Assembly: GCA_964554645.1 (NCBI GenBank)
Contig: CAZKPK010000002.1
Location: 1,788-65,787, forward strand
Source of the DNA: an uncultured Candidatus Saccharibacteria bacterium
GTDB taxonomy: Bacteria > Patescibacteriota > Minisyncoccia > Phycocordibacterales > UBA9973
Length of the DNA: 64,000 nucleotides
Direction of reading: 5' to 3'
Positions 47,443 through 58,074 of the stretch are shown here, in pieces. The notes below the pieces were generated by a model. That model made no database searches. It was not told the DNA's origin and saw only the letters and a list, made by a program, of their open reading frames with translations. Within the stretch, counting starts at the first letter, position 1. Every line of letters begins with the position of its first letter. The translations under genes and the position numbers were made by a program.

Positions 47443-48171
47443 ATGAATAAAAATGCGCAAACATATATTGGTTTTGTTGTCTTGGTTTTGATTGTCGGGG
47501 CCGGGTTCTTTCTGCTGAGAGATAAAAAAGAAAATATTCCGATTGACGTTAACAATAATGTGACAGAAGTGCCGGATAACATTACGCCCGCGCCGGAAAA
47601 ACCGATTGAAACAAAACCGGATGCCAACAAACAAACCGGCCTTACGGCAGGGCAAAAAACCCTCTTGGCGAAATTGCAGAAGTCCGTGGATGCCCGAGAT
47701 TTTGAAACTTTTGCCGGTATTCTTCTTGAAGTCTATAAAAAAGAATGGGGCGGAATCAAGGAATTTGGCGCCTTGGAAAGCAAACTGTATGTCTATGCCA
47801 CGAATGAGTATTGGGTAAAGGGGGATTTGGGGAATTCCCTCAAGGTTTCCACTATCGTGTATAATAAAGTTCCGGAGGCATGGCGTTTCCGTTATCTTCG
47901 CATTATTACCCTTCATAAATATGGCAGAAATGCTTTTGAGAAAGGGGATTTGTCCGTCGCGGAGGACTACGCAAATCAAATTTTACAGATGATGTATCGG
48001 CCGGAAGGGGCGCATTTGCTGGCGGATGTGTACATTTCCAGGATTGAAACTAATCTAAAAGATGGTAATATGAATATGGCCAAGCAAAATTTAGACTTTA
48101 TTTGGGATTTTGAGGTAAGTCAAGACCGCCGGGATAAGCTAAATGAGCTTAAAAGGCAGATAGAGAAGTAA
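47443..48171 (+). CDS. Membrane-anchored alpha-helical (TPR-like) protein
   Basis: N-terminal TM helix, Pro-rich linker, helical repeats. Confidence 0.55.
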   Translation: MNKNAQTYIGFVVLVLIVGAGFFLLRDKKENIPIDVNNNVTEVPDNITPAPEKPIETKPDANKQTGLTAGQKTLLAKLQKSVDARDFETFAGILLEVYKKEWGGIKEFGALESKLYVYATNEYWVKGDLGNSLKVSTIVYNKVPEAWRFRYLRIITLHKYGRNAFEKGDLSVAEDYANQILQMMYRPEGAHLLADVYISRIETNLKDGNMNMAKQNLDFIWDFEVSQDRRDKLNELKRQIEK

Positions 48172-48243
48172 TTATTATAAGTCCCGACGTAAAGTCGGGA
48201 TCCCGACAATGAAATTCGTCGGGATTTAATTAAAACCAATAGC

Positions 48244-48600
48244 ATGTCAAAAAAAAATATTGTAATAGCAATTATAGTAGTTGTGATTGTGATAGGAGTT
48301 GGTTTTTGGTTTAATAAAAAGACTGTGGAGAATGTTTATTCTGTGGTGTATATGACGACAGGGGAAGTATATGTCGGCAAATTAACAACTTTTCCCGAGT
48401 TAGAGCTTAAAAATGCCTATATCTTACAAGTAGTTAAGGATGAAAAAGACACTACTAAGAACAATTTCCAGTTGAATCCTATAAAGGACGCTCTTTGGGC
48501 GCCGGAGAGTATGCATCTCATAAAGGACAATGTCGCTTTTTTTGGGACCCTCTTGTCCGATAGCGCGATTGCTCAAACTTTGGCGGAGAAGGGAAAATAA
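48244..48600 (+). CDS. Small membrane-anchored hypothetical protein
   Basis: N-terminal TM helix; YSVVYMTTGEVYVGKL..L.NAY.LQ. Confidence 0.6.
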   Translation: MSKKNIVIAIIVVVIVIGVGFWFNKKTVENVYSVVYMTTGEVYVGKLTTFPELELKNAYILQVVKDEKDTTKNNFQLNPIKDALWAPESMHLIKDNVAFFGTLLSDSAIAQTLAEKGK

Positions 48601-48977
48601 AGAATTAGGTTTTAGTCACTAGGTTCTAGCTTCTAGTATGTTACTAGTTACTAGCACCTAGAAACTAGCACCTAACTAAAGTTATCCACAGTTTTTCTTG
48701 TGTTCTAATATTTGTTTGTATTGTATAATTATAAGTGCATAAAAGTCCTGCCTGCGGTAGGCAGGGTCGAATACTTTTTTGTTCGCCCGCCAAAATTTTC
48801 TTTACCCGCCTGAAATTTTCTTTGTAAAATTTCGGTGGGTGAATAAATTTAGGCGGGTAAATCTTGAATTGTTTATAAATGCATTATTAAGCAATTGAGG
48901 AAGTTATTTTTATTATTAGAAATTATTATTAGCTTGTCCCGCGAAGCCTTGGCGTAGTGGGATAAAATTATCAATTT

Positions 48978-51545
48978 ATGAAAAAATTATTTAAAGGTTT
49001 AGGTTTGAGTTTTCTGGCGCTGGCGCTCGTCGTCGGAGTAGGGGCCCAATCTGCGAGTGCCACACTTACCGTGGCCGCTTTAGCGGCTACCAGTGATGGA
49101 GCTCTTACACTGAGTAGCAGTTCAATCACCAGCGCCATTACCGTCGGCACATCAACCATGACGACCGGCGCGACTACCATTTATGGCGGCACAGGAACAG
49201 GAGCCATCACTCTCACCCCGGGCACTGCCGGCACAATTGTCATCGGCGCGGCAGCTGGTACAGGAGCAATTACTCTTGGTTCGTCCACCGCGGCGCAAAC
49301 GGTTAACATTGGCAACGGTGTCCCTGCCGCTGACCAAACAGTAAATATCATGTCAGGCGCTGCTGCTTCTGCAGGCGCGGGTACTCTCAATATCGGTAAC
49401 AGCGACCGAATCACAACTATCAATCTCGGCAATGTGGCTCCTGATGCCGCAAGAACAACAACTGTTGCTGGAGGAGCTGCGGCTGTGGTAGATACGGTTA
49501 ACATTGGTACGGGTGCGGCAACAGCCGCTGGTGGTAAGACAATTCACATTGGCGATACTGACCCAACCGGTTCAGGCACAAATTTAATTACAATCGGTAG
49601 CAATGGAGCTTTCGCGTCCACTACTACCATTAAGGGTGGTAACGGCGCAACAGCTATCAACTTAACACCCTCCGATGCTGGAGGTATCGTCATCGGCACA
49701 GCCACTCAAACCACTAACGGCACTATCGTTTACGGTGGTACAAACACTGGCACCAACGCTTCAGGTATCTCTGGTATCGCTTTGACTCCCGGAACTGCTG
49801 GTACAATTAACATCGGTAAATCAGATGGTACTGGCATAATTACAGTTGGTTCGTCTTCTGGCACTCAATCTGTTCTAATCGGTAACGGCGCAGGTGTTGC
49901 AACTGTTTCTCTTGCGAACGCAGGTACTGCCGGCAACACAGTTAACATTGCCACTGCGGCTACTGCCGACACTAAGACAGACACGGTCAACATCGCAACT
50001 GGCAACGCAGCTGGCGGCACTTCTGGCGGAAAGACAGTAAACATTGCTACCGGTGTTCCGGGCGCGAGTGCGGTTAACACCGTTTCTATTGCTAGTGGTG
50101 GCACCACAACAGGTACTGCTGTTGTTACGATTGGTAGCAATGGCGCTGCCGCTCATACTACTACCATTAAGGGTGGTAATGGCGCAGGCGCTATTACCCT
50201 AACTCCGGAAGCAACTGCCGGTACTATTGTCATCGGAGCAACTGCTGGCGCTGGAGCAATTACCGTTGGTTCTTCTTCTACGACTCAGTCAGTCTTGATT
50301 GGTAACGGCGCAGGTGTGGCAACAGTTTCTATCGCTCATACTGGCACAGCGGGTAATACTGTGAACATCGCTGGCGCGGCAACGGCCGACACCAAGACAG
50401 ACACGGTCAACATCGCAACCGGAAATGCCGCCGCTCAAGCGGGAGCCACAACAGTGAAGGCTGTCAATATTGCTACCGGAACTCCTGGCGCGAATGGTAG
50501 AAACTATGTTACTATCGGCACGAATGCGCTTGCTTCTAAAACTTTGCTTCTTGGTGGTACTGGCGCAACTGGCACCACGGCTGCTACAGCCGCTATCGGT
50601 TTGTCTTCGGACACTGCCGGTACTATCGTTATCGGTGGTCCTGCGCAGACGGGAGCTATCTACCTTGGCGACAACGCTTCAACTGCCATAACAACTGTCA
50701 ATATCGGGACGGACTCAACTGGGCAAGATGTCGTGGTTGTCGGTTCCGCGCACGCAAGCTCTACTTTCACTCTTGAAGCTGGAACAGGCGCTACCGCTAT
50801 CCAAATCGGTAATGGCGCTACTGCTCATGGAATTAAGATTGGGACAAATGCTACCGGAGATAATGATATTTCCATAGGCGGGGCCAATGCGGGTTCTACG
50901 GTTATTGTTGAAGCTGGAACTGCCGCTGGCGCTATCTTGATCGGTAACGGCGCGACTGCGCACGGAATTCAAATCGGTAACGGCGCGTCTGTCAACACGA
51001 TTATCCTTGGTTCTACCAACACCACATCTACCTTGGCGCTTAACGCAGGTGTAGATGATACTACAGGCGGTATAACTATCTCTGGAGCAATAAACGGCGC
51101 TTCGCCTTTGGTTTTTGAAGGCGTAACAGTCAACGGTTTTGAGACTACCATAGCTGTTACAGATCCTACAGCTGACAAGACGGTTACTATTCCAAACAGA
51201 ACCGGACAAGTACAAATTGCCGGCGCATGTACGGCTTTGACGGCGGGCGCGGCGGTTACCTTAACTGTTGGGTCAAACTGCTACACTGATACCATTACAA
51301 CTGACAACGAAGACCAGACAATCACATTCTCCGGCGCAGGTGTAGCGGGTGAAATGGTAACAATTATCTTCATAACAGATGCCGCTGGCGCCAATGATGA
51401 AGTTATTACATTTCATACAACATTAACAAGCACTGTTGGCACATTGACTCTCGCCAATGTTGCTTCGCAACGTTATGCTGTTAGTTTCATGAGTGATGGC
51501 ACGATTTGGAATGAAATAGCAAGAACAGCGGTACAACCTTCATAA
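48978..51545 (+). CDS. Secreted Gly/Thr/Ala-rich beta-solenoid-like surface protein
   Basis: Signal peptide; many (T/V)VNI(G/A)TG / TIxIG repeats; a duplicated ~90-aa block. Confidence 0.65.
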   Translation: MKKLFKGLGLSFLALALVVGVGAQSASATLTVAALAATSDGALTLSSSSITSAITVGTSTMTTGATTIYGGTGTGAITLTPGTAGTIVIGAAAGTGAITLGSSTAAQTVNIGNGVPAADQTVNIMSGAAASAGAGTLNIGNSDRITTINLGNVAPDAARTTTVAGGAAAVVDTVNIGTGAATAAGGKTIHIGDTDPTGSGTNLITIGSNGAFASTTTIKGGNGATAINLTPSDAGGIVIGTATQTTNGTIVYGGTNTGTNASGISGIALTPGTAGTINIGKSDGTGIITVGSSSGTQSVLIGNGAGVATVSLANAGTAGNTVNIATAATADTKTDTVNIATGNAAGGTSGGKTVNIATGVPGASAVNTVSIASGGTTTGTAVVTIGSNGAAAHTTTIKGGNGAGAITLTPEATAGTIVIGATAGAGAITVGSSSTTQSVLIGNGAGVATVSIAHTGTAGNTVNIAGAATADTKTDTVNIATGNAAAQAGATTVKAVNIATGTPGANGRNYVTIGTNALASKTLLLGGTGATGTTAATAAIGLSSDTAGTIVIGGPAQTGAIYLGDNASTAITTVNIGTDSTGQDVVVVGSAHASSTFTLEAGTGATAIQIGNGATAHGIKIGTNATGDNDISIGGANAGSTVIVEAGTAAGAILIGNGATAHGIQIGNGASVNTIILGSTNTTSTLALNAGVDDTTGGITISGAINGASPLVFEGVTVNGFETTIAVTDPTADKTVTIPNRTGQVQIAGACTALTAGAAVTLTVGSNCYTDTITTDNEDQTITFSGAGVAGEMVTIIFITDAAGANDEVITFHTTLTSTVGTLTLANVASQRYAVSFMSDGTIWNEIARTAVQPS

Positions 51546-51647
51546 TTATTTTGTTTCTTAAGTCTTAAATTATCAGCAAATAAATATACGGGATTTTTCG
51601 CGAAGCTCTCTAGGTTGAATCCCGTATATATAATCTTAAAAAACAAA

Positions 51648-52748
51648 ATGATTAAAAAATTAAAAATTGGTTTGTTGGTGGCTGTATTAACCTTGGCTGT
51701 CGGAGTCGGCTCCGCTTCTGCGGCTGACTTGATTTTCAGCGTGGATACGAATGTTACCATTGGTAGCGCCACCTACACTATTGCGAGCGGTTCCCAGGCG
51801 ACTACCATTGCTCCAGGCGCCTCCTCCATTGAAGTTGTGATTCCCGCCGATGTCTTCTTTACTTTCAAGTCAGCGGACAAATACACACTCAATAGTTCTT
51901 ATGGCGCTATGCAGTGCGGCGCGTCTTTCAGTTCTATCACTATAGAACGCGCTGGGACTTACACCATTACCCCGGACACTAATGCCGTATGTACTAGCGG
52001 TAGCGGTGGTACGCCCTCCGGCGGCTCGGCTCCTTCAGGTAGCGTAGCCCCAGCGGCTACTCCAACCGCTCCAGTCGTATCTGTAGCTCCTCCGGCTTTG
52101 GTTGTTCCGGATTTAGGCTGTACCGGCGGAGCTTTTAGCACGACAACAGGCAAAGCTTGCGCGGCGGCTACGGTTACTCCTGCCACTCCGGCTACCCCAG
52201 CAGTTCCGGGAGTAACTTCTGCCACTCCCGCTACCCCGGCAAAAGTCTACAACTTCGGCACCGCTACCTTGAAAAATGGCAGTAAAGGCGAAGCGGTCAA
52301 GGAATTACAAAGATTTCTGAATGCCAAACTGAATCTTGGTTTGGTAGTTGACGGAGCTCTAGGTCCAAAGACGATTGCCGTGATCAAACAATGGCAATCT
52401 GACAATGGTCTAGTGGCTGACGGTCTCATCGGCGCTAAAACAAAAGCGATGATGAACTCACAGGCTGATACAGCTACAACCCCAGCTACTGCTCCTTCGG
52501 CAAGCTCAGGATCTACGACCTACAACTTCGGCACCACTACTCTCAAAAACGGCAGCCGAGGCGAAGCGGTCAAGGAACTGCAGAGATTCTTGAATGCAAA
52601 GTTGAATCTAGGCTTGTCCATAGACGGAGCGCTCGGTCCAAAGACGATTGCCGTGATTAAACAATGGCAATCGGACAATGGTCTGGTAGCTGATGGTCTC
52701 ATCGGAACCAAAACAAAAGCGATGATGAACGCGCAGGCGGGTCAGTAG
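51648..52748 (+). CDS. Secreted protein with two C-terminal peptidoglycan-binding domains
   Basis: Two near-identical YNFGT.TLKNGS.GEAVKELQRFLN..DGALGPKT..DGLIG repeats; Pro/Ala/Thr linker. Confidence 0.8.
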   Translation: MIKKLKIGLLVAVLTLAVGVGSASAADLIFSVDTNVTIGSATYTIASGSQATTIAPGASSIEVVIPADVFFTFKSADKYTLNSSYGAMQCGASFSSITIERAGTYTITPDTNAVCTSGSGGTPSGGSAPSGSVAPAATPTAPVVSVAPPALVVPDLGCTGGAFSTTTGKACAAATVTPATPATPAVPGVTSATPATPAKVYNFGTATLKNGSKGEAVKELQRFLNAKLNLGLVVDGALGPKTIAVIKQWQSDNGLVADGLIGAKTKAMMNSQADTATTPATAPSASSGSTTYNFGTTTLKNGSRGEAVKELQRFLNAKLNLGLSIDGALGPKTIAVIKQWQSDNGLVADGLIGTKTKAMMNAQAGQ

Positions 52749-52754
52749 AGTTTA

Positions 52755-52849
52755 ATTCTCCTCTTTGAGGAGTACCCTTTCAGGGGGAGGTGGACGAATT
52801 TATCCACCCCGCTCCGGCTTTTTGTCGGAGCACCCCTCAAGAGGGGAAT
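52755..52849. repeat. ~95-bp REP-like composite repeat, copy 2
   Basis: Same ends and core as 41606-41699. Confidence 0.8.
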
Positions 52850-52858
52850 AGATTCTAC

Positions 52859-52886
52859 AAAAAATCCGCTTTCTGGCGGATTTTTT
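52859..52886 (+). terminator. Intrinsic terminator
   Basis: aaaaaatccgc-tttctg-gcggatttttt. Confidence 0.7.
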
Positions 52887-52928
52887 GTGTGCTTGCAGTT
52901 TTTATTTTGATTGTGTTATACTCAGTTT

Positions 52929-53153
52929 ATGATTACGGTAACAATACCTAAAACTAAATATCAAGTAATTGTTCGTCAAGCTAATGCTTATCGCAAACTT
53001 GCTTCTAGTTTTGCTTCTCAAATGATTGAAACGCCGATTAATGTTGTAGTGGATAATTTTAATGCGACGGGGAAATATTCTCAGGCGTTTCTTAATGACC
53101 TTGAAGATGGTCTGAATGATCTTCGTGAATCAAGATTATGGAAATCAAAATAG
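52929..53153 (+). CDS. Putative antitoxin
   Basis: Short ORF overlapping the start of a YoeB/RelE-like toxin; acidic C-terminal helix. Confidence 0.55.
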   Translation: MITVTIPKTKYQVIVRQANAYRKLASSFASQMIETPINVVVDNFNATGKYSQAFLNDLEDGLNDLRESRLWKSK

Positions 53154-53384
53154 TAACACCGAAAGTAACGCGTTATATTATTCTTCATGGTCTTCAATCA
53201 AAGTGGGAAAAATGCAAAATTCTTTTTTTTGGAAAATCCAAAGCATCCAAGTTTGCGTACCGAATGACTTGAACCAAAAGACGAAATGATTTTTTCATTT
53301 CGTCTTGATAAAAAATATAGAGCTCTGTTTATGATTAAAAATTCTGTTGCTTTTGTGTTTAGGATTACAAATCATTATCGATAG
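53138..53384 (+). pseudogene. YoeB/RelE-like toxin, inactivated
   Basis: ..ILF / LENPKHPSLRTE*LEPK..FSFRLDKKYRALF..ITNHYR; extra T in the run at 53223-53230 and TGA at 53265. Confidence 0.7.
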
Positions 53385-53414
53385 CGGAGAAATAAAAAAC
53401 TAAGATAGTTTTAC

Positions 53415-53441
53415 AAAAAATCCCCATATAGGGGATTTTTT
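53415..53441 (+). terminator. Intrinsic terminator
   Basis: aaaaaatcccc-atata-ggggatttttt. Confidence 0.65.
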
Positions 53442-53457
53442 GTTTTACCGTCCGAAG

Positions 53458-53503
53458 TTATCCACAGGCTAAGTGTGGTATAATAAATTAGTGGTATAAT
53501 AAA
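53458..53503 (+). promoter_or_regulatory. Duplicated promoter block (DnaA-type box + extended -10), copy 1
   Basis: 41/46 identical to 58649-58694; contains TTATCCACA and TGGTATAAT. Confidence 0.65.
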
Positions 53504-53648
53504 CTTATTATTAGAAAAATAACGAGCATAGCGAGATAGTTTTCTAACCCCGTCAAATAGCTTTTGTAAAACAAAAGCTAAAATCCGAAGGATTTTGTTT
53601 GACATGGGTAAAGATTTTTATATTTACTACGTTCATTAAAAATCATTT

Positions 53649-53918
53649 ATGGAGAATATTAATAAAAAAAATATGTGGATAGGGATTATTGTTTTAGTGG
53701 CAGTAATAGCGCTGGGTCTTTGGTATTCCGGCGCGAGGTACGATCAAGGATATGAAGCGGCTATCGCCGATATCAAAGCCCAGCAAGAAGAAGCTGGCAA
53801 CAAAGCGGCTCAAGCGGCATCCGATGAAGCTAATCCTTTCAAAGTATCCAATCCTTTGCAAGGGGTTGAAGCCAATCCGTTTGAAAAAGCCAAGAAAACT
53901 TTAAATCCGTTTGATTAA
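53649..53918 (+). CDS. Small membrane-anchored hypothetical protein
   Basis: N-terminal TM helix; repeated NPF motifs. Confidence 0.6.
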   Translation: MENINKKNMWIGIIVLVAVIALGLWYSGARYDQGYEAAIADIKAQQEEAGNKAAQAASDEANPFKVSNPLQGVEANPFEKAKKTLNPFD

Positions 53919-53949
53919 AACAAATTTTATTATTAGCAAATATATTCGT

Positions 53950-56900
53950 ATGATTTTAACTAAAAGAATAAATCTATTTGGGTTAGCCATAGGGCTGGTA
54001 TTGGTCTCGTTACCGGTGTCAAGCGTCGCTTTAGCTCAAACCGAAACTGTCGCTGTCTCCGCCGATGTTCCCAAAGAACTAGTTTCCTTGGCGCAAGATT
54101 TAGGCTGTCAAACTAAAGTTGAATGCGCTGAAAAATTTGACGCGAACATAGAGCAAGGCATCGCTTTGGCTCAAAAATATGATATCTATACTCCGGAACA
54201 AGAAAAAGTGGCCGCTACTTTCAAGACAGAAGTTTTGGAAAGATTACGTGGAGTCAGTCAGGATAATTTTGAGGAAGAAATCTTGGTTTTGGCCAATAAA
54301 ATTTTAAAAGAAAAGCCGGCCTTAGCTAGGACTATAAGCCTTACTCGGCAAACAGTAAATGCGGCTGAAACGATTATAAATACCGTTAAAGAAGCCGGTG
54401 TGGACATTAGAGTTTGTCAAAAATCGCCGGAAGACTTGTCGCGTGAACAGTTGATTGCCTGCGTCAAGGCCGGCAATAATTTATCCAGCAAAGAAAAAAC
54501 AGCTGGAGATTATATTCCAAAAGGAAATGTAAAAGCGGAAGAGGCGGGACGAATGCTTGACCTTGAAGATTCACTCCTAGCCGGAGAATATTCTAGTTTG
54601 GGTAAGATTAACGCTGAAGAAGCTGGACGAATTTGCCTGAAGCCCGGTTCAGAATCTATCGCCGATTGCGACCAAATTGCCCAAAAATTCTTCGGCAATG
54701 AAGGGGTAAAGCAGTTGCAGGAAGCCAGGCAACAAACAACTCGTATCAAAGAATACTATACGAAGGGCATAGAAAAAATGGAATTAGTAACGCCGGACGG
54801 GCAGAAACTAATCGGTAAAGGCGCAATAAAGAATGCCTGTGATCTGGCTTTTGAGAAAAATAATTTGGGCTTAGCCAGAGCCTGCGGAAATTTTGCCGTC
54901 AAGAACGGATATGCTTCCCAGGAAGAAATTGAAAGCGGGTTAAAACTTTTGGAGTCTTTTTCGCAAAAAGCGGGGAATGTCAATTTTGACGATTGCCGTT
55001 TCAATCCGGAGTCCTGCCGGGAGTTTCTGCCGGATGAATTTCGTCCGCAATTTGACTCCCAATTTGAAATTTTCAGAATAATGTCCGAATCCATCGGTTT
55101 TGACCCGGCGCGCTGTGAAAATTCTTACGACCCCGATATCGGCAAGCGATGTTTGGAAGGCGCTAAAAAGGCTTTGAGCCGGGTGGAAGAAATTGCCAAG
55201 AATTCTCCGGAAGCGCGCAGAATTGTCGATGAAATCAGAGGTCATATTGCTGAAGGAGAGAGAATGACGGAAAAATTGGGCGAGTTTCATCAAGATTCGG
55301 ACAGAGGAGGAAATGCCGGACCCGGAGGCTGTCGCGGGCCGGAAGAATGTTTCAAATACTGCACCCAGCCCGGAAATTCAGCCGAGTGTATTTCTTTTGG
55401 AGCGAAAAGTCAGATTTTTGACAGAGACACAGCCGCCCAAAAATTTAATATGGTAAATGAAAGATTTAACACCTTACCAGGACAATACCCGGGATTTACC
55501 GAGCCGGGAAAAGGAGATTACAGGTCTTATCCAAATGGACCGGATTATTCAGATCGGTCTAGGCAACAACCTGGATTTGATCAGTATCCTCAATACCCTT
55601 ACCCTTACCCACCACAGCAGCCAGTCGGTCCAAGTCCGGAATGTTTCGCGGCCGTCAGTAGTGGCGATTTTACTAAAGCCAAAATTGCCTGCTCTTCCAC
55701 AACGGAAAATTATCCTAAACCAATAGCCGAACCGTTCCCTGTTTGCCCGGCCTATTCTATGCCGTCACCTTGTCCGGAAGGCCAAATGCGGCAAGCGGCT
55801 AGCGACGCCAAGGGGTGTGTGGCTTACGGCGCCTGCACGGTGATAGAAAATTACAAACCGATTGACACCACTCCAAAATCTTGTCCTTCTGGTCAATATT
55901 GGGATGGTCGGTCTTGTGTTGCTCAACCGACAACCCAGTGCTCTTCCGGCCAGTGGTGGGATCCAGCCACCCAAGCTTGCCGATCTTCCACAGTTCCGAT
56001 GGTAGGTTCATGCGATTATTCTACCCAATACTGGAAAGCCTCAACTAGCCAATGCCAGCCCCGAACAAATTGTTATGACACAGCTAATTCTGAATATAAC
56101 TCTCAAGAATGCCAGGGCGTGCGCGGTTCAACGACAGTTAGTTATGGTTGCGGAAGTTTGACTACTCAAGCTACCTGCCAGGCAAGTCCCGGTTGCGGTT
56201 GGGCTAACGGCGCCTGCGGGGGAAACACCTCTACAGTTCCGGACCCAACTTATAGCAGTTGTCCTGCAAATATTAAAACTCTGCTTGGCGATGGCTGTCA
56301 TTCTATGTCCGTCGGCTACTTTAACAGCGGGATGACTTCTTATGTCCTCTTTGGCAGTACGGCCGTTAATAATTGTTCAACTTCGTCGGTTACTGGTTGT
56401 AGCGGTAACACAACTACCACTACCTGTCCGACCGGTCAATGGTGGAATGGAACTGCTTGTACATCATCTACATCTACATCTACATCTACAACCAGTCAAT
56501 GCTCTCCAGGGCAGTACTGGTACACTCCGCCTGGAGGCGGGGCAGGATACTGCACAGGCAATCCTAGCAGTAGCGGCGCTTGTCCAGCTGGATATCACCC
56601 TCATGGCGAGAGCGGCGGGTTCTGCATGAATGACCAAGAAAATTACAGCGGGACCTGTTATAATTCCGCCGGCACATCCACGATCACTTGTCCGCAACAG
56701 ACTTATACCCCGCCCGCCAGCGGCTGTTCGTCTGGACAATACTGGTACACGCCACCCGGAGGCGGGGCAGGATACTGTCAATCCTCATCTACAACCACCT
56801 GTCCTTCCAATCAATGGTGGGATTCTAGTACTGGCGCTTGTCGTGATAATTCATCAGCTTGCGCGCAAGCCGGCGGCACTTGGAATTCTTCAACCAATTA

Positions 56901-57528
56901 TTGCCAAATGCCGACTTGTCCCTCTGGTCAGTATTGGTTTACTCCTTCAGGCGGAGGCGCAGGATACTGCATGTCTAACACTACCAGTACTACCACTTGC
57001 GCTTCAGGACAGTACTGGAATGGTTCGTCTTGTGCAAGCTCATCTACAACTTCAAGTGACGGAGCTACTGCTTGCGCTCAAGCAGGTGGAACATGGAACA
57101 GCAGTATGACACCTCCCTGTCAAATGCCGAATACAACCACCAGCGGCGCATCTTCCTGTTCTTCCGGACAATACTGGAATGGTTCAGCCTGCGTAAGTTC
57201 AACTCCGTCAACTTACACTTCGCCTTCATACACTCCGCCTTCAGATACCTCAACATACACTTCTCCACCAACCTATACACCTCCTTCAGACACTTCTGGA
57301 ACATATACTTCACCACCCTCTTACACCCCGCCTCCAGACACCTCAACCTACACCCCGCCTCCATCTGCTATGATTTTGTGCTCGCAAACTGGTGGAAATT
57401 GGACCGGCGCCGCCTGCAACTTGGCCAAAAATATATCTGACCAAAAAGCTTACCTTAGCTATTTCCAAAAAGATTCTGACGGATTGTTAGCTCAAGTCTT
57501 TGGAGCATTTGCTGATTTATTCAGATAA
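53950..57528 (+). CDS. Large secreted cysteine-rich repeat protein
   Basis: Signal peptide; GPGGC motif; many CxxGQYW repeats; YTPPSDTS repeats. Confidence 0.7.
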   Translation: MILTKRINLFGLAIGLVLVSLPVSSVALAQTETVAVSADVPKELVSLAQDLGCQTKVECAEKFDANIEQGIALAQKYDIYTPEQEKVAATFKTEVLERLRGVSQDNFEEEILVLANKILKEKPALARTISLTRQTVNAAETIINTVKEAGVDIRVCQKSPEDLSREQLIACVKAGNNLSSKEKTAGDYIPKGNVKAEEAGRMLDLEDSLLAGEYSSLGKINAEEAGRICLKPGSESIADCDQIAQKFFGNEGVKQLQEARQQTTRIKEYYTKGIEKMELVTPDGQKLIGKGAIKNACDLAFEKNNLGLARACGNFAVKNGYASQEEIESGLKLLESFSQKAGNVNFDDCRFNPESCREFLPDEFRPQFDSQFEIFRIMSESIGFDPARCENSYDPDIGKRCLEGAKKALSRVEEIAKNSPEARRIVDEIRGHIAEGERMTEKLGEFHQDSDRGGNAGPGGCRGPEECFKYCTQPGNSAECISFGAKSQIFDRDTAAQKFNMVNERFNTLPGQYPGFTEPGKGDYRSYPNGPDYSDRSRQQPGFDQYPQYPYPYPPQQPVGPSPECFAAVSSGDFTKAKIACSSTTENYPKPIAEPFPVCPAYSMPSPCPEGQMRQAASDAKGCVAYGACTVIENYKPIDTTPKSCPSGQYWDGRSCVAQPTTQCSSGQWWDPATQACRSSTVPMVGSCDYSTQYWKASTSQCQPRTNCYDTANSEYNSQECQGVRGSTTVSYGCGSLTTQATCQASPGCGWANGACGGNTSTVPDPTYSSCPANIKTLLGDGCHSMSVGYFNSGMTSYVLFGSTAVNNCSTSSVTGCSGNTTTTTCPTGQWWNGTACTSSTSTSTSTTSQCSPGQYWYTPPGGGAGYCTGNPSSSGACPAGYHPHGESGGFCMNDQENYSGTCYNSAGTSTITCPQQTYTPPASGCSSGQYWYTPPGGGAGYCQSSSTTTCPSNQWWDSSTGACRDNSSACAQAGGTWNSSTNYCQMPTCPSGQYWFTPSGGGAGYCMSNTTSTTTCASGQYWNGSSCASSSTTSSDGATACAQAGGTWNSSMTPPCQMPNTTTSGASSCSSGQYWNGSACVSSTPSTYTSPSYTPPSDTSTYTSPPTYTPPSDTSGTYTSPPSYTPPPDTSTYTPPPSAMILCSQTGGNWTGAACNLAKNISDQKAYLSYFQKDSDGLLAQVFGAFADLFR

Positions 57529-57585
57529 AGTACTCCGCTTTACTTTTGTAATAAATTTTGGCAGTTAATTATTAACCAAACAAAT

Positions 57586-57996
57586 ATGAAAACATCGGGC
57601 CAAAAGGAGGAAAAAATGAATACTGCAGAAACAGAGCCGCTCCAACCGGTTTTCCAGATTCTAAGGGAAACAGCGAAAAAATTTCGTTCTTTGAAGGCTG
57701 AAGCAACCACAGCACTTTTGGATCAAGAAAATCCTACGGGCTATAAAGAAAGGTTAGAAGAACGGGCTAGGCTTTTGGTTAATCTACCTGAAAGTTTAGA
57801 AAGCGTCCTAAAGCAAATTGACCCGCAAGTCAAAAATAAAATAGAATCTTATGTGAAAATATTTGCTACTATAGCACAGGAACGTATTGATATTGGAGAA
57901 GAGGTTGGGCTTGCTACATTATTAGTTGACAAGGGGGCGAGAAAAGACGATAAAAATAACCTTGAGAAATTAATTGACTCTCTAGAAAACAAATAA
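57586..57996 (+). CDS. Hypothetical alpha-helical protein
   Basis: 136-aa ORF; AGGAGG precedes the alternative ATG at 57616. Confidence 0.55.
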   Translation: MKTSGQKEEKMNTAETEPLQPVFQILRETAKKFRSLKAEATTALLDQENPTGYKERLEERARLLVNLPESLESVLKQIDPQVKNKIESYVKIFATIAQERIDIGEEVGLATLLVDKGARKDDKNNLEKLIDSLENK

Positions 57997-58074
57997 ACTG
58001 CCAAAATTTTGGTTTGTAGACGCCGGACGTCTCCAAGCAGACGTCTTCAAACATTCGGACGTCCAACGTCCGAA

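Noticed and set aside
53265-53267. TGA recoding (genetic code 25)
   Set aside because: TGA terminates pgk, tatD and the 15306 gene, and long genes read through without internal TGA; this TGA is in an already frameshifted toxin.
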